From a virus: a stretch of 45,496 bases of DNA. The notes below the pieces were generated by a model. That model was not told the DNA's origin and searched no databases. It saw only the letters and a list, made by a program, of their open reading frames with translations. Position numbers and translations under genes: made by a program. Shown piece after piece: positions 8,174 through 16,255 of the stretch (position 1 is the first letter of the stretch; each line of letters opens with the position of its first letter). The DNA is taken from the IMG/VR virus record IMGVR_UViG_3300045988_123705, positions 1 to 45,496 of that record. One strand, given 5' to 3'.

Positions 8174-8587
8174 ATGAAAACACTAAAAGAAGAAGTAATG
8201 GAATTGCTGATGAAAAGAATCGGAGTGGTAGAAGATGAAGAGTTCAAAGCGAGTACCATTGACAGAGGTTGTGATACCTACAAAATCTCAAAAGATAAAT
8301 TATTTTTCAAAGATTTCACTGATGAATGGGTTAAAACTGAAATGTGGATTGAGATGATAAGGTCTTTTGAAGATTATGAATTTGAGGTGAAGCCGTTTAA
8401 CCCGAACAATGGTGATAGATATTGGTATGTAAGAATGGATGGGGTGTTGCAAAACACGTTATTTGAAAATTCTCTTATGATAGATATCCTTAATAGAGCA
8501 ATGGGCAACTGCTTTAGAACAAAAGAATTGGCGGAAGCACACAAAGAAGAGATTTTAAAAATCCTGAAAGGAGAAGATCATGAATGA
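8174..8587 (+). CDS. Hypothetical protein (137 aa)
   Basis: Track ORF. No motif. Confidence 0.5.
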   Translation: MKTLKEEVMELLMKRIGVVEDEEFKASTIDRGCDTYKISKDKLFFKDFTDEWVKTEMWIEMIRSFEDYEFEVKPFNPNNGDRYWYVRMDGVLQNTLFENSLMIDILNRAMGNCFRTKELAEAHKEEILKILKGEDHE

Positions 8588-8945
8588 ACCGATAATAAGC
8601 CCGTGGATATTCTATGCGGCAGATGTCGTATTCAGTATTAATTTAGTTATTAATGTTTTGGTGTTGATTTTGTGTATAGCTACTGCGATTGCATTTTGCG
8701 ACTATATGTCGAATAGAAGTCCGTATAAAGAAACCGAAACTATTCAAAACCGGAAAACATTTCATTCGTTATTAAAAATACTTGTCGTTGTCACAATATT
8801 AAATATTATGATCCCATCACAAGGTACATTTTACAAGATGATTGCAACAAGTTATGTAACACCTGCAAATATTGAAATAATTGGTGACAATGTAGACAAA
8901 ATCGCAGATAAAATTGTTGATAAAATTAATAAGGTGAAAAGATAA
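8580..8945 (+). CDS. Hypothetical membrane protein (2 predicted TM segments)
   Basis: Hydrophobic stretches WIFYAADVVFSINLVINVLVLILCIATAIAF and LLKILVVVTILNIMI. RBS AAGGAG. Confidence 0.55.
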   Translation: MNEPIISPWIFYAADVVFSINLVINVLVLILCIATAIAFCDYMSNRSPYKETETIQNRKTFHSLLKILVVVTILNIMIPSQGTFYKMIATSYVTPANIEIIGDNVDKIADKIVDKINKVKR

Positions 8946-9169
8946 TGGCAGATATGGTAAATCACCCTTCTCATTACACACAAGGTGGGATAGAATGTAT
9001 AGACGCCTTAGAAGCGGCTACAATCAATTTAAAAGGCATTGAGGCAGTTTGCACAGCAAATGCCATTAAATACCTTTGGAGATGGAAAGAAAAAGGAGGG
9101 ATAGAGGATTTAGAGAAATCTAAGTGGTACATAGACCGCCTGATAAAAAAGATAACAATAAAAGCGTGA
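8945..9169 (+). CDS. DUF3310-like phage protein
   Basis: NHPSHYTQGGIECIDALEA ... NAIKYLWRWKEKGG..DLEKSKWYIDRLI is the typical HPxHY / KYLxR signature of this small phage family. Confidence 0.7.
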   Translation: MADMVNHPSHYTQGGIECIDALEAATINLKGIEAVCTANAIKYLWRWKEKGGIEDLEKSKWYIDRLIKKITIKA

Positions 9170-9181
9170 TATAATAAAAAT

Positions 9182-9255
9182 GTCCTTTGGCAACTCTCGC
9201 TAAGATTTAAACCTGCCAAAGGACGGGGGCGGCAACTCACCGCCCTTTTTGTTTT
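9182..9255 (+). terminator. Tandem hairpins ending the early operon; the second is a canonical intrinsic terminator
   Basis: 11-bp stem GTCCTTTGGCA/TGCCAAAGGAC (9182-9192/9214-9224). Then GGGCGG-caactca-CCGCCC (9227-9245) followed by TTTTTGTTTT. Confidence 0.8.
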
Positions 9256-9288
9256 GAATCAGGTATAATATGAGTGGAGGATTTGACG

Positions 9289-10299
9289 ATGTTTGATGTG
9301 AAAAATTCGGCACCAATGCGGATGACCAAGAAGTACAGCTATTTATATCCTGACGCATGGGATTTCATAGAAAATATTGCAACAAATAAAGAGCATAAAG
9401 ATATGTGGCCGCATGAGTACGTTTATGCGCCGATAGAGGCTGGGCTAACATTATCTCTTGACCGAAAGAAAAATCAATCCAACCTTGAGAATGTGGCAGA
9501 TGGTACGTTTATAGCTTGCTTGGCAGCGTGGAGAAGAACAAAAATAATTTATGACTTTGACGCCACGCTGACAGAGGAATTATACAAACAGGCAAAAAGC
9601 AACATAGAACTTGATACAAGCATGCTGACGCTGCCTGCATACTCAATATATATCAGACCCAATGACGGGGCGGAATATGATGGATTTTTCGTGTTTTTTG
9701 ACTTTGACAGAGGACACTTTGAGTTCAGACTTCTTGTTGTAGATAGAAAAGGGAAACCAATATTGCCAATTTATCTGATTCTTCCTGAAACGGGAAGTGA
9801 ACCGATAGATAAGATTATAGACAGAATGGTTAAACAATTCGATGAAATAGATTTACCGGCGGGAGGTAATGAAGATCTTGATGTAAACGGCAAAACATTA
9901 GAGGAATTTTACAGAAACAGCAAGCATTCTATCAGCAAATGGATAAACCTTGTTCTATATATTTCCGCTGTGAATGCAGATATAAAACACGAAAAACGGC
10001 ACTTTTTCCGGCGGACAAGAAAGATAAAGGATATTCCCAGCGAGGTGGAACTTTTCAATGTAGGAGAAACCGCAGGGGCTAAGATAAGAGAATTTAGGAA
10101 AGCTGTACAGTATGATTATATAGAACCGCAGGGAGGACATCATAAATCCCCTGTAATGCATGTAAGAAGGGCGCATTGGCATACATTCCTTTACGGAGAA
10201 AAGAAGGGGAAACGCAGGCTTAAATGGCTCCCGCCAATAATTGTTAATTCCGATGAAATAAAAACAGTAACAATAAACAAAGTGAAAGACACGCTGTAA
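9289..10299 (+). CDS. Hypothetical 336-aa protein with very basic C-terminus (RRAHWHTFLYGEKKGKRRLKWLPPIIVN)
   Basis: ATG 9289 with GGAGGA RBS and TATAAT at 9264-9269. Bounded by terminators on both sides. No family recognised. Confidence 0.6.
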   Translation: MFDVKNSAPMRMTKKYSYLYPDAWDFIENIATNKEHKDMWPHEYVYAPIEAGLTLSLDRKKNQSNLENVADGTFIACLAAWRRTKIIYDFDATLTEELYKQAKSNIELDTSMLTLPAYSIYIRPNDGAEYDGFFVFFDFDRGHFEFRLLVVDRKGKPILPIYLILPETGSEPIDKIIDRMVKQFDEIDLPAGGNEDLDVNGKTLEEFYRNSKHSISKWINLVLYISAVNADIKHEKRHFFRRTRKIKDIPSEVELFNVGETAGAKIREFRKAVQYDYIEPQGGHHKSPVMHVRRAHWHTFLYGEKKGKRRLKWLPPIIVNSDEIKTVTINKVKDTL

Positions 10300-10320
10300 T
10301 GGCGTGCCTTTTTAGATAGG

Positions 10321-10454
10321 AACCTTTTATAGGGGATTCGGAGGAACCTTTCCTTGGGGAATTTCAAGGGTAACCTTTTTCAGGGGAATTTAGAACCTTT
10401 CCAAGGGATTTTCAGGGAATCCTTTCAAGGGGATTTTCCCAAGGGGGTATTTAG
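10321..10454. repeat. Array of 5-6 imperfect direct repeats (22-27 bp spacing), core AACCTTT-N2-4-(A/T)GGGGAATTT, each internally dyad-symmetric
   Basis: Units start at 10321, 10345, 10372, 10394 and 10418, with a partial unit at 10441. Non-coding. Confidence 0.85.
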
Positions 10455-10664
10455 ATTTTTATAGAATTATTTATAAAGTGGAATTTTAATGCATATAATC
10501 ACGGCATTTTACATTATAAAATGAATAGTTATGCAGATTTATCATAACTTATTTATAAAATGCATATTTCGAAATAAATTATATGCACTTTGTAACTAAA
10601 ATACGGCGGAGCGCTGGAAGAGCAACAAGCAAAATGTTTCCCGATTTACGATATTCATATTCTT

Positions 10665-10926
10665 TCAGCTATGTACATCAGCTTTGATAGACTTTCCCCA
10701 CTCAATGGCTTTATTTCTGCCTAATCCGACATATATTTGCAATTCATTTTGTTCGCCGAATGGTCTATATCCGGTAACACGTGTATATATCGGCATTCCA
10801 ACCGTACACGCCCGCCGTGTAAAATTGCGGATCTGCAACGTTAAGAAGCGTTTGCAAATCACAATAACCGACGGAAAAGCATTTATAATTTTTTATAATC
10901 TCTTTTTTCGCAACCTTTATTCTCAT
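10665..10926 (-). pseudogene. Disrupted small gene: 53-codon frame (ATG 10926, ...VGYCDLQ..YTAGVYGWNADIY) continues in the +1 frame (..TGYRPFGEQNEL.., track ORF 10665..10862)
   Basis: GGAGGTG RBS 7 nt before ATG 10926. Premature TAG at 10765-10767. The conserved-looking C-terminal half is only open in the other frame. The shift maps to 10770-10790 (GATATATACACGTGTTACC). Confidence 0.5.
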
Positions 10927-10957
10927 TTTTTACACCTCCAAAATTTCATCACGATTT

Positions 10958-11299
10958 TTAAAATACTTTTTCGATCAGGTTTTTCAATTCATTGCTATTG
11001 CATGAAAAACCTGTTGCATAGTAATTATTTGAAAAAATTGTGGCGTCAAGCGTCAATGCTAACGCTGTCACGACTTCATCAATTCGACTACACAATTCCG
11101 CATAGTCTGCTTGAGAGATTCCGTCGTGATAGCTGCACTGATCAACCTTTTCTGTCAGCCATTCAGAATCTGCCCATTCAGAAAACACCTGTTCCCCGTT
11201 AATTTCGCCGATATACATATACGCATTATCGGTAATTTCATCAATGTGTATATCAACTTTCTTTCCGCTGCTTAAATAAAATCTCATTTCTTTTCTCAC
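10958..11299 (-). CDS. Hypothetical acidic protein (about 109-113 aa)
   Basis: Track ORF on the minus strand. Leftward promoter-like TTTACT-17-TATAAT (TATAAT = 11345-11350 on plus). First gene of a two-gene leftward cassette. Confidence 0.55.
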   Translation of the reverse strand: MRKEMRFYLSSGKKVDIHIDEITDNAYMYIGEINGEQVFSEWADSEWLTEKVDQCSYHDGISQADYAELCSRIDEVVTALALTLDATIFSNNYYATGFSCNSNELKNLIEKVF

Positions 11300-11445
11300 T
11301 TTCCCCCGATTTTTTCGGGAACCACATCTTTTATCTGTATATATTATAAACGATACAATGTAAAAAGTAAAGATATAAATGTATAAAATACATATAATTT
11401 ATTTCTATCGACGGTTATAATCAGTGTTTATAATAAACTATAATA

Positions 11446-11474
11446 TTGACAAAATAAACGTAAAAATATATAAT
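11446..11474 (+). promoter_or_regulatory. Consensus sigma-A/sigma-70 promoter TTGACA-17-TATAAT
   Basis: TTGACA 11446-11451, 17-nt spacer, TATAAT 11469-11474. GGAGG RBS and ATG 11495 downstream. Palindrome GTTTAT-A-ATAAAC at 11426-11438 just upstream. Confidence 0.75.
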
Positions 11475-11494
11475 AATGATGGAGGTATATAAAG

Positions 11495-11701
11495 ATGGAT
11501 AGCAAAGAGTTTCATAGACAGTTAAAAATACTTTTTGCACTGGCAGACGTCACAGCGACAAGTGCAGCACAAAAAGCAGGTATGACACCGCAAAATTTAA
11601 ACAATAAAATTTCAAGGGGATCTCTAAGAGTGATAGAGCTATATAACATAGCGGACGCATTAGGATATGATATAGTTTTTAAAAAGCGTGACAATCAATA
11701 A
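11495..11701 (+). CDS. Small XRE/Cro-type helix-turn-helix DNA-binding protein (68 aa)
   Basis: TATSAAQKAGMTPQNLNNKISRGSLRVIELYNIADALGYDIVF is a typical HTH_XRE layout. Has its own promoter and terminator. Confidence 0.7.
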   Translation: MDSKEFHRQLKILFALADVTATSAAQKAGMTPQNLNNKISRGSLRVIELYNIADALGYDIVFKKRDNQ

Positions 11702-11742
11702 CAGATAAGACAATTACGTAGATACAACATAGATACAAGATA

Positions 11743-11778
11743 GATAGACTGACATAACAAGCAGTCTGTCTTTTTTTT
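11743..11778 (+). terminator. Intrinsic terminator
   Basis: 9-bp stem GATAGACTG/CAGTCTGTC (one G-U) followed by T8. Confidence 0.8.
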
Positions 11779-12074
11779 ATTGCATAAATGACAGCAGATT
11801 GATTATACAGATTGACAATTACAGTAATAACTCAAGACAAGCAAGATTAGATAATAATTCATATAGCATACTACATAACTATAATTTGTCTGATTTTAAG
11901 GTACTTCCAGCAGATAAAACGAGAGCGCAACGGTCGCCATGCCCCCGATAATCATGTAGATACCAAAAGTTTTCGATACTTTCGCACATCAGGGGTTTAC
12001 ATTTGTGGTATAATATAGTAAATTGAAGAAAACGAAAGAAAAACAAAGAAAATAAGAGTAAAATATATAAAAGG

Positions 12075-12608
12075 ATGGTGAAATCGGAATTGTCGTTTGA
12101 AAATGACGTTAAATTACAAAAAATAACGGAAGAAACGATAGTTTCAGCGTCCTCAATGGCTCTTGTTTTAGGAATTACCACAGCAAGGTTGCGCCAGCTT
12201 GTAGGTGAAAGTGTTGTAGAAAAACGAGGACAGAATAAATATGGACTTGTTGAGTGTGTGAGACGATACTTTAACCACAAATCAAAGAGCGCAGCCGTTT
12301 CTTTTGATAAAGAACATACCCTTTTAGAAAAAGCCAAAAGGGAAACAGCAGAACTGGAACTTGCCAAAAAGAGGGGAGATGTCCATTCTACCGATGATAT
12401 AGAGATGGCGGTAGGCAACATTCTTGTTGTTTTTAAAAGGACAATGCTTTCTATGCCTCATAAGCTGGCAAAACAGCTTGAGGGGAAGTCCGCTGCTAAG
12501 ATTTCTGAAATACTGACAAAAGAAATTAATGACGGGCTTTTGGAATTGAGCCAATTCGACGCGGCTAAGCTGGGGGATAACATCAGTGATACCGAAAAAG
12601 ACGATTGA
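12075..12608 (+). CDS. terS: Terminase small subunit (Nu1-like, putative)
   Basis: Directly upstream of and overlapping GpA-type terL. N-terminal HTH-like VSASSMALVLGITTARLRQLV followed by a coiled-coil. Start codon uncertain. Confidence 0.6.
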   Translation: MVKSELSFENDVKLQKITEETIVSASSMALVLGITTARLRQLVGESVVEKRGQNKYGLVECVRRYFNHKSKSAAVSFDKEHTLLEKAKRETAELELAKKRGDVHSTDDIEMAVGNILVVFKRTMLSMPHKLAKQLEGKSAAKISEILTKEINDGLLELSQFDAAKLGDNISDTEKDD

Positions 12609-14433
12609 CTTATTTCAAAACCTGCTTGCTATGGTTGCCCCGCCCAAAGACCTTTCTGTCATTGAATGGGCGGAAGAGTATAGATATATTCCTGATGATT
12701 ACGGAGCCCATCCAGGTAAATGGAGCAGTGATGGAGCACCGTATCAGATAGATCCGCAAAAGGCATTTACAGACCCTAATGTAAAAAAGGTTATTGCCAT
12801 GTTTGCAGCACAGATGGGCAAATCAGAGATACTGTTCAATGTTATTGGGCGGTACATGCATTTAGATCCATCGCCCATGCTTATGGTGCAGCCGACAATT
12901 GAGGACGCCAGGGATTGGTCAAAAGAACGATTCACTCCCACGGTGGCAAAAACACCTATCCTCAACGACATTGTATATAAGCAGAAAAGCAGGGATAGCG
13001 ACAACACTATCCTCAAGAAATTATTTCCCGGCGGCTACTTGGCATTAGTCGGAAGCAACGCACCTTCCGGCTTAGCTAAGAGAAGCATAAAAATCCTCCT
13101 TTGTGACGAGGTAGACAGGTTCGCCAAAAGTGCCGGCACCGAAGGCGATCCTGTTGACCTTGCCATAAAACGTACTTCCAATTTCTGGGACGCCAAAATA
13201 GGTATGTTCTCAACGCCTACTGATGAAGCGAGCCGTATATATCGTGAATATATGCTTGGTAGCCAGGAACAGTGGAAGCACCAGTGTCCTAACTGTAAAG
13301 AGTGGCATTGGCTTGATATGGATGATATGCAGTATGACTATGACGAGTTTACCGTCAAAGAACGCAAATCATACCATGTGAAAGACGTTAAATGGAGATG
13401 TCCTGATTGCGGCTTTGAATTTACAGAACCGCAGATGAAATCCACACCGCAGAAATACATTGCGGATAATCCCGATATAAAAGATGTGAGGTCGTTCCAC
13501 GTAAACGCATTCAGTTCCCCATGGCTTGACTGGAGCGTGCTTATTGCAGAGTATCTTGTAGCCAAATCCGATGTAGAAACACTTAAAACTTTTGTAAACA
13601 CACGTCTTGCGGAAGTGTATAAGCCGGTAGGCAAGATGAAAGATGTATCAGCGCTTGTTGAAAGACGTGAATTTTATGAGGCGGAAGTGCCCGATGGCGT
13701 CTTGATCCTTACGGCGGCGGTGGATGTACAGAACAACCGTTTGGAGTATGAGATTGCAGGCTGGGGGCGTGGAGAAGAAACATGGGGAATCAGGAAGGGA
13801 ATCATTATTGGGGTTCCTGACCAGAAAGCCACGTGGGACGCATTAGATTTAGTCCTTGACCGCACGTACCACTTTAAAGACGGTTCAGGGATAGTCGTAT
13901 CAAGAACATTCATTGATACGGGCGGCAGTTATACCAATGAAGTATATGACTATTGCGCAAGGAATACACATAAACAGCGTATAGCTATAAAAGGCGCAAG
14001 TGAGTTCAATGTGCCAATTATTTATAAGACGGCAGCCGCTAAAAACCATGATAATTTGTTATTACTTCTGCTTGGGGTATCTCAAGCTAAGCAATATATA
14101 TTCCAGCGTCTAAGCATACTTGAATATGGAGAAGGTTATATGCATTTCCCGAACAACGAGGGGCGTGGATATGACGAAAACTACTTCAAAGGTTTGCTTT
14201 CAGAACAATTGGAACAGAAATTGGTGAAAGGGAAGCTTGTATCTGTATGGGTAAATATTGCCAAAGACCACAGAAATGAGCCCTTGGATCTCAAAAACTA
14301 TAACTTGGCATGTATAAAGTCTATTGCCCCCGATTGGACGCATTATGAAAAAGTGCGGCGTGGGGAAGTAGAACAGAAACCGGTTAAAAAGGCACCGAGT
14401 TACGGCTGTTTTTCACAAGGAGGCGTATTCTAA
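12586..14433 (+). CDS. terL: Terminase large subunit, lambda GpA family
   Basis: WAEEYRYIP..GKWSSDGAPYQ N-terminus, Walker A-like AAQMGKSE, LLCDEVD, zinc-finger CPNC..WRCPDC, size 615 aa. Confidence 0.9.
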   Translation: MIPKKTIDLFQNLLAMVAPPKDLSVIEWAEEYRYIPDDYGAHPGKWSSDGAPYQIDPQKAFTDPNVKKVIAMFAAQMGKSEILFNVIGRYMHLDPSPMLMVQPTIEDARDWSKERFTPTVAKTPILNDIVYKQKSRDSDNTILKKLFPGGYLALVGSNAPSGLAKRSIKILLCDEVDRFAKSAGTEGDPVDLAIKRTSNFWDAKIGMFSTPTDEASRIYREYMLGSQEQWKHQCPNCKEWHWLDMDDMQYDYDEFTVKERKSYHVKDVKWRCPDCGFEFTEPQMKSTPQKYIADNPDIKDVRSFHVNAFSSPWLDWSVLIAEYLVAKSDVETLKTFVNTRLAEVYKPVGKMKDVSALVERREFYEAEVPDGVLILTAAVDVQNNRLEYEIAGWGRGEETWGIRKGIIIGVPDQKATWDALDLVLDRTYHFKDGSGIVVSRTFIDTGGSYTNEVYDYCARNTHKQRIAIKGASEFNVPIIYKTAAAKNHDNLLLLLLGVSQAKQYIFQRLSILEYGEGYMHFPNNEGRGYDENYFKGLLSEQLEQKLVKGKLVSVWVNIAKDHRNEPLDLKNYNLACIKSIAPDWTHYEKVRRGEVEQKPVKKAPSYGCFSQGGVF

Positions 14434-14667
14434 ATGGCTGATGAATTAACTAAAAAGGAAGTCCGAAACCGCAGACTGAAAGCCTATCTTGCGGCAGAAG
14501 AAAAGACGCTGACCGCACAAAAATTTGACGATGGAACAGTGAGCCTGCAACGTGCTTCTTTGAGAAACATCCGTGATGGGATAGATGGCATTGTAGAGGG
14601 TATGGATGATGGAAGTGACAAATTAGCACCGTCTTCCATGCGTAAAGTCGTACTGATGGATTATTGA
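14434..14667 (+). CDS. gpW-like head-tail joining protein (putative)
   Basis: 77-aa ORF in the lambda W position between terL and portal. Confidence 0.45.
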   Translation: MADELTKKEVRNRRLKAYLAAEEKTLTAQKFDDGTVSLQRASLRNIRDGIDGIVEGMDDGSDKLAPSSMRKVVLMDY

Positions 14668-14668
14668 T

Positions 14669-16255
14669 ATGGGTAAATTCTGGAACTTTTGGACAAAAAA
14701 GAATACATCAGTAAAGAACAGCGGGTATAGCGCTACTGGGGCAAATACCATTGTAGGGAGTATGGCGTCATGGCTTCCTGACAGGAATAGCCCGCAGTCT
14801 GATATTGACTATAACCTTTCCACATTAAGAGGTAGAAGTGCTGAACTGGCGATGGGCGGTTCTCCGCTTGCTTCTGGAGCGATTGAGAACGCAAGACAAT
14901 ATGTAGTAGGGGCGGGATTACATTTAGCGCCATCTCCAAAATACAGATTGCTGAAAATGACACCGGAAGAAGCTGATGAATGGGCGTTTGTCACAAGAGA
15001 AGCCTTTGACCTGTGGGCGAACAGCGTGTTTGCTGACATCTTGCACAAGAATAACTTTTATGACATGCAGGATATAGCCTTTAATAGTTATCTGGTTGAT
15101 GGTGACAGCTTCGCTGTTATTAAACAGGAAACGCCGAATGCGGCTATGCCGTTTTACTTGCGGTTACAGCTTGTAGAAGCGTCAAGAGTATGTAATCCAT
15201 ATTCTGGCGGTTCTACATCGAATGTTTATCAATACAATCAAGACAACGGAAACAGAATTGTTTCAGGCGTTGAGATCGATAAGAACGGGGCGGTGGTTGC
15301 TTATCATATTGCCAATAAGTACCCAAACGACAGGGTGTCTGACGGAACTATTCCAGCATGGGCAAGAGTAAAGGCGTTTGGCGAGAGTACGGGCAATAGA
15401 AATGTATTGCAGATAAGCCACGAAACAAGACCTGACCAGTATAGAGGGATTCCTTATCTTGCCAATGTCATCACCACACTGAAACAGGTGGGGAGATACA
15501 CAGACGCTGAATTGACAACGGCGATCATAAAGTCTTTCTTTACATTATTCTTCACGCAGACACAGGCACATGACAAAGCATTCCCACTTGATAGTCTGAA
15601 CGGCGGACAGGGTAATGATTCTGAAACGGCAACAGCTGATGAATTGAGAAAAATACAGTTCAAGTTGGGTCCAGGTACGCTGAATGCACTTCCGCCTAAC
15701 TGGGATGTAAAGGAAATAGACGCAAGCAAAAATTTATCTACCTTTGACCCATTCACGAATCAATTAATAAAAATGATAGGGTCGGCAATCGGGCAGCCTG
15801 CCGAAGTCCTGACAAAAGCGTTTAATTCATCTTACAGCGCCAGCAGGGCTGCACTGTTACAGGCTTGGGCGGGATTTAAGACATATAGGACATGGTTTGC
15901 CAATGATTTATGCCAGCCTGTGTATGAAATGTGGCTTTCAGAAGCTGTGGCAAGAGGATATATAAAGGCTCCTGGATTCTTTGAAAATCCGCTTGTGAGA
16001 GCCGCTTATTGTTCCGCTAATTGGTACGGACCCGTTATGGGTATGATTGACCCTGTGAAAGAAGCACAGGCAGGGGCAGAGAGAATTAAATTAGGATTGA
16101 GTACACGTGAAAAGGAATGTGCGGAGCTTTCGGGAACATCGTTCTCCGATAATGTTGCCCGCCTTGCTATTGAAAATAAACAGCTTAAAGAAGCAGGTTT
16201 ACCTGTATATGCAGAGGAAGTTAAAGCGGAGGTAAAGGAGACTAAGGATGAGTAA
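14669..16255 (+). CDS. Portal protein, lambda gpB family
   Basis: 528 aa. Position after terL/W. Portal_2-like sequence character (..YLVDGDSFAV.., ..GPGTLNALPPNWD..). Confidence 0.85.
   Translation: MGKFWNFWTKKNTSVKNSGYSATGANTIVGSMASWLPDRNSPQSDIDYNLSTLRGRSAELAMGGSPLASGAIENARQYVVGAGLHLAPSPKYRLLKMTPEEADEWAFVTREAFDLWANSVFADILHKNNFYDMQDIAFNSYLVDGDSFAVIKQETPNAAMPFYLRLQLVEASRVCNPYSGGSTSNVYQYNQDNGNRIVSGVEIDKNGAVVAYHIANKYPNDRVSDGTIPAWARVKAFGESTGNRNVLQISHETRPDQYRGIPYLANVITTLKQVGRYTDAELTTAIIKSFFTLFFTQTQAHDKAFPLDSLNGGQGNDSETATADELRKIQFKLGPGTLNALPPNWDVKEIDASKNLSTFDPFTNQLIKMIGSAIGQPAEVLTKAFNSSYSASRAALLQAWAGFKTYRTWFANDLCQPVYEMWLSEAVARGYIKAPGFFENPLVRAAYCSANWYGPVMGMIDPVKEAQAGAERIKLGLSTREKECAELSGTSFSDNVARLAIENKQLKEAGLPVYAEEVKAEVKETKDE

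Noticed and set aside
8085-8177. In-frame continuation (29 codons) after the TAA of ORF 7758..8087, ending in an ATGA overlap with the next gene
   Set aside because: It is short enough to be open by chance (roughly 1 in 4). It follows a TAA stop, there is no independent support, and the sequence is unremarkable.
10684-11202. 172-aa plus-strand ORF across the leftward cassette
   Set aside because: Its sequence is hydrophobic, low-complexity and implausible, with no RBS. The minus-strand ORFs have RBS and promoter and read as real proteins.
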